Source: Antedon mediterranea
Lineage: Eukaryota > Animalia > Echinodermata
Direction of reading: 5' to 3'
NCBI RefSeq assembly: GCF_964355755.1
Contig: NC_092679.1
Span: forward strand, 14,119,432-14,183,431
DNA length: 64,000 bases
In this document: one piece after another, positions 34,399 through 50,299 of the stretch
How positions within the stretch are numbered: the stretch's first letter is position 1
Layout: the number at the start of each line of letters is the position of its first letter
Translations under genes and position numbers: made by a program
The notes under the pieces: model-generated
Seen by the model: only the letters and a program-made list of their open reading frames with translations
What the model was told of the DNA's origin: nothing
Database searches by the model: none

Positions 34399-37300
34399 AT
34401 GGCACTTCAGTTCAAACTTCCTGGTATTAATGTACGGTACATAAGAGCTGATAACATGCTTTATAAGGTGATTATCACAATGACGTGTGAGGTACCGTGT
34501 GACCATGAAGTGTTTCACAATGAAGTAGAAGATTTGCTGCGGGCAGTTATTGCAATGGCAAACTTGTACCCCATCAAAAGTGATCATCTGTTAGCTGTGC
34601 CGTGTAAGTATAGTATCCGATCATTATAAAGCTTATTGCTAAGAATTCTTGCCTGAAAGGGAAAGATGTGAGAATTTTAGCCTTTTTTTACAGTATATTT
34701 CTTTTTTTCCTAAAATAGAAGGTAAAACTTTACTTAGTTATTATTTATTAACTATTCATATATTCCTAACAAAAACATCCTTTCTTTCCCTTACGAATGA
34801 GTATGAATTATATTCTCTCCGGTGCTAATTCTTTGATACAGTGTCACATGTGATGCCTGTATCATAACTTTTACAGCCTATACATCATGTGATTCATATG
34901 TGATGCTGTATTGCCAAATTTGCCTATGATATTGGGCACATAATGTGGAGATACTGTACAGAGAATCGTGTATGTTATATTGTATGTAAACTGTGTTATT
35001 ATTAATCTATATTTTCTCATTGCAGCAATAAAGCCATGGTCTCCAAAGAATAAAAATCTTACAAAGTTTTCCAAAAACAAGAACTTGTTATACTGCCATG
35101 ATTTTGTTTATAAAATTAGGTTGAGAAAACTGGTGCCTCTTGTCACTCACTTACCAACAAAAAGACAGGTATGTAAAAAGAATCTCTTACTAAATATTAT
35201 CAATATACAGGCAAATTAACTCTAACTTATAAAAGTCTGTTTTTAACTAAGCAAATTAATTTATTCACGCAATTAAAAAGCATCAGTTTAACACAAAGCA
35301 ATACAAAAAAAATGTGTAATCAGTCACAACTCGGTATATGCTCAATTTGCATGAATAGATTTCCCAGTAGGGGAAAACTTTAAACCCTTTTCACACAAAA
35401 ATGTTAATATTTAACTAACATCAAAAAGCAGGTAAAATTTTTAATATTCAATAGCACAATTTTGTTATAGTTTTATCAGTGAGTGTTAAATACTGTAGTA
35501 TGATTGACAAGTATGCGTCAGTCAATATATAAGTACATTTACACCCTCTATTGGCACTTAAATTAATTAATCCACTTACTTAATATAATACTGTACTGTA
35601 TCCGTGTTTAAGCTTTGGAATAATTGATTCATTCAAGTTTATGAGCTTGAGTAGATTTATATCTGATTGATCATCTAAAATAGAATATTCATTTTTAGAT
35701 GGAAATTTAAATAAAAATATTTGTTATTTTATATAATTCAACATTTGTTTTTGATAAATAATATTGTAGAATATATATGTTATGCGCGATTTGAACGATT
35801 TGCGCAATTTAAAATTGCGCAAAAAAATCCTTGCGCAATTTGAAATTGCGCAAAGAATTCTTGCGCAATTTAAAATTGCGCAAGGATTTTTTTGCGCAAT
35901 TTTAAATTGCGCAATCAACTTGCGCAATTTCAAATTGCGCAAGAAAATCTTTGCGCAATTTTAAATTGCGCTGCACAATTTGTAAATTGCGCAAGATAGT
36001 TCTTGCGCAATATGACACCTTTGCGCAATTTGAAAACGAACTGTAAATTTTCCCATACATGGCTAGGCCTAGGCAGAGGAGTTTAAAATTTAGTATTTTA
36101 TTATATAAATAAGACCATTTCAATGAAGATAATGTTTAATACTCACTTTTTAAGTTTTTAATATTAGTTTAATAAGCTAGGCCATGTAACCTAGTCAGTA
36201 TCAGTAGTCCAGACCCTAGCTAGGCTAGAGTAGTATAGCCGACCGCCCGCGCCGCGCCCGCCTGGTGGAACACCACCGCTTTCGTTTTCCTTCGTCGGTT
36301 CTTCGACGGTATGCTAACTTATAACAATATTTGCACTATTAAAATAAGGAAATGCGATATTTATCTTTAATTTTGAATCATTCTTAGAAATTACTATATA
36401 AATATGGGTGTGCATGATTTCACAATCTGTCGAAAAACCTTGCGCAATTTGCAGATTACTTGCGCAATTTAATACGTTGCTTGCGCAATTTGAAACACAT
36501 GTTTCAATTCAAATTGCGCAAGGATTTTTTTTGCGCAATTTCAAATTGCGCAAATCGTTCAAATCGCGCATAACATATACACATCAAAGTGTATGTAAAA
36601 ACCAAGATCATACTTTAAGGGATCATTTCTATAATGTGTTTCACGGAGAAATGAATAAAGTTGATCAAATCGCACACCCACGAGGATGAGTAAGTATTCT
36701 CTTCTGAGCGTGAAGCAGAGCTTGAGAATTCCATCTGGAATGACCTTGCTCATTGATGACTGTTCGACCAAGACTTTGGTCTTGGAAGGATGGAGAGAAT
36801 GCAATCTGAGTGGTTCCAAATATGTTTTTTTAATAAAACGGAAGAAATATTCAGAAACTGTTGACATACACAAAATAAAATTTTAAAATTATTATTATTT
36901 TTGTCTGGATAATGAACAAATGTGTATGTGTAGCATTGAATATATTAACAAGCCTTCAGTTGTACTGTAGGTTTCTAGTATATTATAAACTCATTTTACA
37001 CAGAAAATGTTACAACTTGCTTGATATCCTCACACATATTATCTACAAATATCAGATATAAAAATATTTCAATAGTTCACCTTTATTGTATTATTATTAT
37101 TATTTTTTTTTTTTGCTTATTTCCAAACATGTTCAACTGTAGTAAGATTGACAAGTTCAATAGTTAGTATGATTTAAGTCAAAATCTCAGTGAACTCATC
37201 CCCTCTATTGGCTCTGAAATTAATTATTCCACGAATTTTAATATCATTTGTTTAAATTATTGTTTAATTATTTTCAGTTCCTCCATGTTTCAATTTGAGT

Positions 37301-40300
37301 CAATCTGTATCTGGTAGGTCATCTAAAGTAGAAATTTCATTTTCAGATGGAAATTATTGCAAAGAAATGTTTAAATAAAAATATTTGTTATTTTGTACAA
37401 TTCAACATTTGTTTTTGATAAATAATATTGCAGAATATATACACATCAAAGTCTATGTAAAAACCAAGATCATACTTTAAGGGATCATTTCTATAGTTTG
37501 TTTCACGGAGAAACGAATAAAGTTGATCAAATCGCAAACCCACGAGGATGAGTGTAAGTATTCTCTTCTGAGCGTGAAGCAGAGCTTGAGAATTCCATCT
37601 GGAATGACCTTGCTCATTGATGACCGTTCCACCAAGATTTTGGTCTTGGAAGGATGGAGAGAATGCAATCTGAGTGGTTGCAAATATGTTTTTTAATAAA
37701 ATGGAAGAAATATTCAGAAACTGTTGACATACACAAAATAAAATTTTAAAATTATTATTATTTTTGTCTGGATAATGAACAAATGTGTATGTGTAGCATT
37801 GAATATATTAACAAGCCTTCAGTTGTACTGTAGGTTTCTAATATATTATAAACTCATTTTACACAGAAAATGTTACAACTTGCTTGATATCCTCACACAT
37901 ATTATCTACAAATATCAGATATTAAAAATTTCAATAGTCCACCTTTCTTATATTATTATTATTTTTTGTTGTTGCTTATTTCCAAACATGTTCAACTGTA
38001 ATAAGATTGACATGTTGAATAGTTAGTATGATTAATTAAGTCAATATCTCAGTGCACTCATCCCCTCTATTGGCTCTGAAATTACTTATTCCACTAATTT
38101 TAATATCATTTGTTTAAAGTATGGCTTAATTAATTCCAGTTCCTCCATGTATCAATTTGAATAAATTTGTATCTGGTAGGTCATCTAAAGTAGAATATTC
38201 TTGAAAATTATTTTATAACAATGTCTCAATAAAAAATATTTGTTATTTTGTACAATTCAACATTTGTTTTTGATAAATAATATTGCAGAATATATACACA
38301 TCAAAGTCTATGTAAAAACCAAGATCATACTTTAAGGGATCATTTCTATAGTTTGTTTCACGGAGAAACGAATAAAGTTGGTCAAATCGCTAACCCACGA
38401 GGACGAGTGTAAGTATTCTCTTCTGAGCGTGAAGCAGAGCTTGAGAATTCCATCTGGAATGACCTTGCTGATTGATGACCGTTCCACCAAGACTTTGGTC
38501 TTGGGAGGATGGAGAGAATGCAATCTGAGTGGTTGCAAATTTGTTTTTTAACAAAAGGAAAAAAATATTCAGAACTGTTTACAAACACACAAACAAATCA
38601 TTTTAAAATTATAATTTTTTTGCTATAATATAATGAATATATGTATAAACAGTCACATTGCATTGAATATATTTCCAAGCCTTTAGTTGTAGGGTTCTAA
38701 CAGATTGTAAACACAGTTCACACAGAAAATGGTACAACTTGCTTGATATTCTGAAACATATTATTATCTGCAAATATCAGATAAATAAATATTTCAAATT
38801 CAATAGTCCACCATTATTGTATTTTTAAAATATTTTTTTTTTATTTCCAAACATGTTCAACTGTAGTAAGACAAGTTGAATAGTTAGTATGATTAAGTCA
38901 ATATCTCAGTGCACTCATCCCCTCTATTGGCTGTGAAATTAATTATTCCACTAATTTTAATATCATTTATTCAAATTATGGTTTAATTATTTTCAGTTCC
39001 TCCATGTTTCAATTTGAGTAAATTTGTATCTGGTGGGTCATCTAAAGTAGAATTTTCACATGAAAATTATTGCATAACAATGTCTCAATAAAAATATTTG
39101 TTATTTTATATAATTCAACATTTGTTTTTGATAAATAATATTGCAGAATATATACACATCAAAGTCTATGTAAAAACCAAGATCATACTTTAAGGGATCA
39201 TGTCTATAGTTTGTTTCACAGAGAAACGAATAAAGTTGATCAAATCGCAAACCCACAAGGACGAGTGTAAGTATTCTCTTCTGAGTGTGAAGCAGAGCTT
39301 GAGAATTCCACCTGGAGTGACCTTGCTCATTGATGACCGTTCCACCATGACTTTGGTCTTGGAAGGATGGAGAGAATGCAATCTGAGTGGTTGCAAATAT
39401 GCTTTTTAATAAAACGGAAGAAATATTCAGAAACTGTTGGCATTCACAAAATCAATTTTAAAATTGTTATTATTTTTGTCTGGATAATGAACAAATGTGT
39501 ATGTGTAGCATTGAATATATTAACAAGCCTTCAGTTGTACTGTAGGTTTTTAATATATTATAAACTTATTTTACACAGAAAATGTTACAACTTGCTTGAT
39601 ATCCTCACACATATTATCTACAAATATCAGATATAAAAATATTTCAATAGTCCACCTTTTTTTATTATTAATATTATTTATTTTTTTTGTTGCTTATTTC
39701 CAAACATGTTCAACTGTAGTAATTTTGACAAGTTCAATAGTTAGTATGATTAAGTCCATATCTCAGTGCACTCATCCCCTCTATTGGCTCTGAAATTAAT
39801 GATTCCACGAATTTTAATATCATTTGTTTAAATTATTGTTTAATTATTTTCAGTTCCTCCATGTTTCAATTTGAGTCAATCTGTATCTGGTAGGTCATCT
39901 AAAGTAGAATATTCATTTACAGATGAAAATTATTTTATAACGATGTCTCAATAAAAATATTTGTTATTTTGTACAATTCAACATTTGTTTTTGATAAATA
40001 ATATTGTAGAATATATACACATCAAAGTCTATGTAAAAACCAAGATCATACTTTAAGGGATCATTTCTATAGTTTGTTTCACGGAGAAACGAATAAAGTT
40101 GATCAAATTGCAAACCCATGAGGATGAGTGTAAGTATTCTCTTCTGAGCGTGAAGCAGAGCTTGAGAATTCCATCTGGAATAACCTTGCTCATTGATGAC
40201 CGTTCCACCAAGACTTTGGTCTTGGAAGGATGGAGAGAATGCAATCTGAGTGGTTGCAAATATGCTGTTTTTTTATTAAGGGAAAGAAATAGTGCTGAAA

Positions 40301-43300
40301 ATACATCAAATTGAGTCATTTTTAAAATACCTTTTAAAGCTCTTATATGCAGTATGAAAACATATAAAAAAAATCACAGCTCAAAGTATGTTCAAATTGA
40401 ATGAATAGATTGATCCTTAGCTTGGTAGAAAACAGACTTTAGACTTTTTTCACACAGAAAAAACTTGCTTAATATTATATCACACAAATTATCTGCAAAT
40501 ATCTGATAAAAAATATAATACAGTATATATATTTTTTTCACATAATTCCAAATTATTTATCATTAAATGACTTGCCTCTATATTTCAGTTTTACTGTATA
40601 GAATTACTAGAGAAATACCTGCCTAGAGTGGGTACCTCTCGCCCACCAAAGTTTAAAAGCTCTACAGTACAATTTCCGGTCATTCCGAACCCACAACACA
40701 TGGTGTTGATATCATATTATATGGAGTGGAGCTGTAGCTTGGTGGTTAACGTGCTTGCCTTCCAATCCCAAGGTCCCGGGTTCAATCCTGACCTAGTGCA
40801 GGGTTGTAACTCATGACTCTTTCAACTCCACCCCCTAAGCCTCAAATGAGACTTAGTTTATAAGCACGATAAATTATTAAATAGTTTATCCATCCTGTAA
40901 TTGGCGAGTTACTCGCTGTTGGATGAGTATGAATAAAATTAAAAAAAAAAAAAAAATATAGTTTAAAACCTTCAAAGTGCTAATTTGGAATACATTTTTC
41001 ATTTCAATAAGTTTATTCATCCAAAAGAGAAATATTGAAAAAAATAGAAAATACATTAAAAGATGAAAGCGCCCATCAACACAAAGCTTGTACATGGTTG
41101 ATGACCTAACTTACTAAACATACATAAAACAGTTAATACAATAAATAAAAAATATACAGTTAAAAAGTACATATGAAAATATTGATACCAATTGATACGT
41201 GCAGGTGCGTATCGCAAATATTGTACAGTATAATGAACAAATGTAAACACTCTCTCTTACAGAATTTCTATGTTTTCTCCTAGTGTAATGCCATATCCAG
41301 AGAGAACTATTCCAATGCATATGCAACTGAGCCAATGATTGCTAACACTGCAGAAACTGACACTAAACCTACTGAACCTGAAGGTACTATATGCTAACTT
41401 ATCAAATAAATGCCATTACTTTTTTCGTAGATATTAATATGAAAAATCATAAATCCTAAATTTAAATATATGGTGATAATGTGTAATGCAATTGAAGTTT
41501 GTTCTCCTGTCTGTTGTTCTGATAATGTTGGCCTTTTGTCATTTCAGCCGCGCCATTCTTTTGATAATTTGCTCACCAGTCTATTGAGTACAAGGGGTAG
41601 GCCAGTCTTTACTCACCATAATCTCATCCAACAATTGCCTGTTCTACTGGCTGTTCTTCCTATCAGATTTTACTTTCCTGAATGTGTACATATTTTGATA
41701 TTCTATTGTACTATGTGTATAATATTGTATAAAAAAAATCTATAATAGTTAATATACTTTTGTTTGTAGATTTTTAAAATTTTTTTTTATTTAATCAGTG
41801 GCATCTTACAGAAGAAAACGAAAGCACAGTAATAAACCAGCAGACAACATTTTACAGGAAAATAAACAATTAAAGTTAAAGGCTCCAAGACGAACTAGGC
41901 CTACTGAAGATAAAGAAAATGTGAATCCTGAAGAAACTGAACGTGTAGGCTTTGTACATGGTTTTGTAAGGTACAGTAACATCAAGTTAAACTTTTAGAA
42001 GGGTGGGTCCAGAGCAAAGGTTGGTGACATCAGAACTGTGACGCTCTACTTTATTGAGATGCTTTGAAATATGTTAAAAAACTAAAACCATTTCATACTA
42101 AAAAGGAGTATATCTTGGTTAAATTAAAAAAAAAACAATTATGAATGTTCTACTGCAGTAAACTCCATTTTGTTTACTCCTTAACCTGTTCACACAATTA
42201 TTTAGCAAGCTTTTTTGGGTAATCACACACTGTTATTACACTGCCTTTAACAAACTAAAATCATGTTATTGCAGCAACAAATGTAGTTACTGTAGTAACT
42301 GCAGTAGAATAATTTGTACATGATCCTTCAGAATATTACGATTTTCCTATACACATGGACCTCTGGTGTGGTGCCTCTAGATTATGTTCAACACGTGTGT
42401 TTTCTAAAACCCATTGGCCATGTGTTTTCAAACACTACTCTACAGTCCCAGAATTTATCTGTGATTTTAAGCCGTTTTCTATTGTAGTACAACTGAGATA
42501 GCACCTTCATTCATTCTATAATCATCATATTGATTATTACAGAACTAGGAAGCCTAGACCTACCGTATTTACGCCGGAGTAACCCCCAACTCGTCCCGAA
42601 AGATGTACTAGTATACAAATAATGAATGTTTATGAGTGTAATGGTACAAATAATGGCATGAGGTGAATGATGAAAGGTTATATTAACCTTTCATCATTCA
42701 CCAAATGCCATTATTTGTACCATTACACGAATATAAAACATTTATTTGTTTTATATAACACCTAAATAGATTCCTGTCATTTGAATCAAATAAAAGGTAG
42801 GCACCCTAGCCTGGCCTACATTTGATTCACATTGATAAAACAGTAACATAGTAGTTTTTAATAATTTTATATTAAATGTTATATTTATATGGATTTTATA
42901 AACACACCTACTTTTGCGTTAATTATGTCAACAAATGACTAAACAATCCTAGGCCTAGCAAGGCTAAAACACCTAAGCTATAGGATAGGTTTAGCCTAAT
43001 TAATACTAATTCAGGCCTAGTCTAGACCTAGCTTGGCTGAAAGGCAAAACTTCAACAATTGGAACTCATCTAGGCTAATTATGGTTTTTCCAACGATTCC
43101 ACGTTTTAGAGATGTTTCCATTAATTAATCAAAATCCTACAAACGATCTAAAGCTAATTTAAATGCCTTTTTGAAAATTAGTACATATATCTCTCCAGAA
43201 ATGTAATTCCATCGCAAAAAAACAGTCATAACATTCAAATCCCGGCGAAAGTACAAAATAGGTGGCGCTGTTGTATTTTAAAAGCAATAGTATAAAACAA

Positions 43301-43601
43301 AATATTTTCCAAACGCAAATAGTTTTTTTTTTCATACACGAAAAAAAGTACTATTAAACGAACATTTAATAGTGCGTACTATTGCACGCCATGTGACCCA
43401 CATTAGTCCAATCAAATGACAGGAATTTATTTAGGTGTTATATAATAATAAAGTGCACCAAGAATTTTGTGTTTATCGGACCCACAGTTTGTTGTCCTTA
43501 TCCAAGACGACTCATTCTACCACTATTAATTTTACTACTTTTTAAAATTTTATTTTCATAGATCTGTCATCAATCCTATAAGAGTACTGTTTGGAAAATA
43601 G
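34399..43601 (+). CDS. MAJIN: Membrane-anchored junction protein (meiotic telomere TERB1-TERB2-MAJIN complex), ~219 aa
   Basis: Exons 34399-34603, 35026-35168, 41284-41383, 41799-41970 and 43562-43601 join in frame. The N-terminal domain aligns by eye with mammalian MAJIN (F..P...R...A...YK, E.ED..R.V....NL.P....H...P...W, KF......L....FV); RKRKH basic patch; C-terminal amphipathic GFVHGFVRSVINPIRVLFGK. Confidence 0.85.
35778..36575. mobile_element. Ginger-like MITE with TTGCGCAA arrays, copy B
   Basis: Same TIR as copy A; 4-bp TSD TATA confirmed by the empty site GAATATATAC in the other array units. Confidence 0.92.
36604..36814 (+). ncRNA. U3: U3 snoRNA copy 1 (probably inactivated)
   Basis: U3 boxes present, but it has a 2-nt deletion, several private substitutions and a MITE inserted 28 nt upstream. 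Confidence 0.85.
37466..37678 (+). ncRNA. U3: U3 snoRNA copy 2
   Basis: AAGATCATACTTTAAGGGATCATTTCTATAG (boxes A'/A), CCACGAGGATGA (C'), CTGAGCGTGAAGC (B), TTGATGACCG (C), TCTGAGTGGT (D); 213 nt. Confidence 0.95.
38321..38533 (+). ncRNA. U3: U3 snoRNA copy 3
   Basis: Same boxes; C' variant GAGGACGA. Confidence 0.92.
39179..39391 (+). ncRNA. U3: U3 snoRNA copy 4 (variant)
   Basis: Same layout; substitutions in box A (GATCATGTCT), C' (AAGGACGA) and B (GAGTGTGA). Confidence 0.88.
40042..40254 (+). ncRNA. U3: U3 snoRNA copy 5
   Basis: All boxes intact; 213 nt. Confidence 0.95.
40728..40800 (+). pseudogene. tRNA-derived sequence (Gly-TCC-like SINE head or tRNA pseudogene)
   Basis: A box TAGCTTTGGTGG, B box GGTTCAATCC and CTTCCAA loop; acceptor and anticodon stems do not pair fully. 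Confidence 0.6.
42611..43445. mobile_element. Non-autonomous element with long terminal hairpin plus internal TIR pair
   Basis: Hairpin at about 42616-42748; inverted pair TATATAACACCTAAATAGATTCCTGTCATTTGA (~42752) / TCAAATGACAGGAATTTATTTAGGTGTTATATA (~43444); decayed inverted relative at about 56060-56240. Confidence 0.7.
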
Positions 43602-44850
43602 TGATGTTCTTTTTTTGTTTGGAACCTCAAACAAGCTCTACCACATGTTGGGTTGTTGTCAATATTAAAAGCATTATAGTTATGTGTAGAACATTTGTTT
43701 TATGTATATTTTAAAAAAGGAGAGAAAAACAATTCTTTTTTCGAAGTTGGTGGTTGCAACAAAGCTTTTACTATATAGTGCACTTTACGTTAGTCTTTGG
43801 TATAAATTTATAGAGTTCAAATAATAAACACCAAACTGCACATTGAATTATTATACAAAATAATGTAGTTTATTTACCATCTGCAAACTTATATAAAAAT
43901 ATTTGTAATGTCATACAAAGAATAAATAATGAAATTATTATACTAAGATATGTTAAATTAGAAAATAAACCGTTCCTGTGATAAAAAGCAGTAAGAGTGT
44001 GTAATGGCACAAGATTACATAACATTAACATGTTATGTATACAATATACAGTTTTCTCATACACTACTGTACTTTACTTTAAAATAATTAACAAAAAGAA
44101 GTATATCTGTAACCACCCAATGTATCTTAATTTAATAATCATTATACAAATTACATTCCATACACTAAAAGAAAAGGTTACTGTTTCACATTTCACAATT
44201 ACAGATACAAAAACTACATTAATACACTTTTAAATATTTTTATCAAGGTTTTATAAAGTACTGCAGACTGGAATGTTTAATATATATATTATTTTCAAAC
44301 AAAAAGGATGTTTTATTGCTGTTGGCTTAACATTTAAATATTGCATTTTTAAACTGTAGTATCAATCATAGATATCATAGTGAACTAATATCTCTATGTA
44401 TCAATTAAGGCCATCATTATTCTCATACCTAATTTGTTGTATTGTGGCAGTAACAAGGTTTTGTTTTATGACAAATGTTAAATACATTAAAATCCATGCT
44501 TCAGTTTTTCATACTGTAAAACAAATATTTTTTAACTTTTGTTAAGTTATTAGTGAATATATTCCTATCAATTAAACCATACTCAAATAGTTTACCCTAT
44601 TCCAATAAAAATATTTAAATAAAACCTTCACCAAATATTATTTCTACATTGCTTACATCTTGTCTGTCTTGCAACCAAAACATGTTTACAACAAAATTAG
44701 AATTTCAATAAATAAAGTAAAAACAACTTTGAGATATCATAGCCTTTCTTTCTGTTCTAATCTCCTTTCAATTTCAGCATTTTTAGCAACCATATTTGAG
44801 TTGGGGCTTTACTGTATCTTCTAAAACTAATAAAATTCCAATACCATGTA

Positions 44851-45105
44851 AGGGCGTGTTGAACGTTCAACTACTCGCGAGATCATGAGTTCAAGTCCAA
44901 CGCTTATCGCATTGCTTGTGTCTTTACGCAAGCCACTTTACTTACGTTTGCCTCTCTCCACCAAGGTGTACAAATGGGTACCTAGTAAGTAAGTTCAAAA
45001 CAAATAAATATGTTTCCATTCGTGTTCGATCCAAAATTAACCAGGGTAATAAAGTGAAGCGCTTAAAGCCTTTATGCATAAGAATGACATGTTATTTATT
45101 ATTAT
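44851..45105 (+). mobile_element. tRNA-derived SINE (same family as 12484)
   Basis: GTTCAAGTCC B box, core CTCTCTCCACCAAGGTGTACAAATGGGTACC, (TAT)n tail. Confidence 0.75.
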
Positions 45106-45189
45106 ATGGATCATATCAACTATCATTTGTGATTGGTCAAATCCTTTGCATTGTGCTTATGTCGTTGCATCCAACTAGAAACCTATCCT

Positions 45190-49867
<4,678 letters not shown>

Positions 49868-50299
49868 GTTGGATGTAATATTCCTAACACCTCATGTGAT
49901 TGGATGCATACTAAATGTCTGTGAACAGTATACCAATCAAAATCGTCGTGCTATAAGAGTAAAGTCCGTGTGTAAAAAGTACACCGATTTTTACCCAATT
50001 ATGTTTTAAGGTAAAACTTCGAAATTAAGCATTTTTGCAGATATTGGACGAAAAACGTTTTGAACAATATTACCATTTATTTTTGCACAATAAGTTGTAG
50101 TAATAAACCTTTTGAACATCGCCTAAAATACAAACAAAGCAGAAATAAAAGAAATACGGAAGTACACGCACACACAACACACACACATCAAATCAAGGGT
50201 CTATTTATGTTGTAAAGAGAAGGCGGTGGTCGGGTCCAAAAACTGAGAGACGTTTGCTGTTCCTCGTAGAGTTGGTCTACGAAATCGGGAATCATCAAA
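49868..50299. promoter_or_regulatory. Bidirectional promoter region NENF/ARP2
   Basis: Divergent ATGs 432 bp apart; opposed CCAAT boxes (~49900, ~49933) and an ETS-like CGGAAGT (~50157). Confidence 0.6.

Larger units (their letters stand above)
35545..40520. repeat. Tandem array of ~860-bp units, each carrying one U3 gene
   Basis: Marker CACATCAAAGT recurs at about 36580, 37442, 38297, 39155 and 40018. Confidence 0.95.

Noticed and set aside
36559-40319. Repeated short ORFs (MQPLRLHSLHPS...) in the tandem array
   Set aside because: They are antisense or shifted readings of the U3 snoRNA sequence.
40589-40700. Extra MAJIN exon after TTTCAG
   Set aside because: The frame is open but there is no convincing donor, and the gene joins in phase without it.
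40728-40800. Functional tRNA-Gly gene
   Set aside because: Acceptor and anticodon stems do not pair; better explained as a SINE head or pseudogene.
44737-44822. Alternative last exon of neudesin
   Set aside because: In the required phase it stops after three codons; there is no other support.
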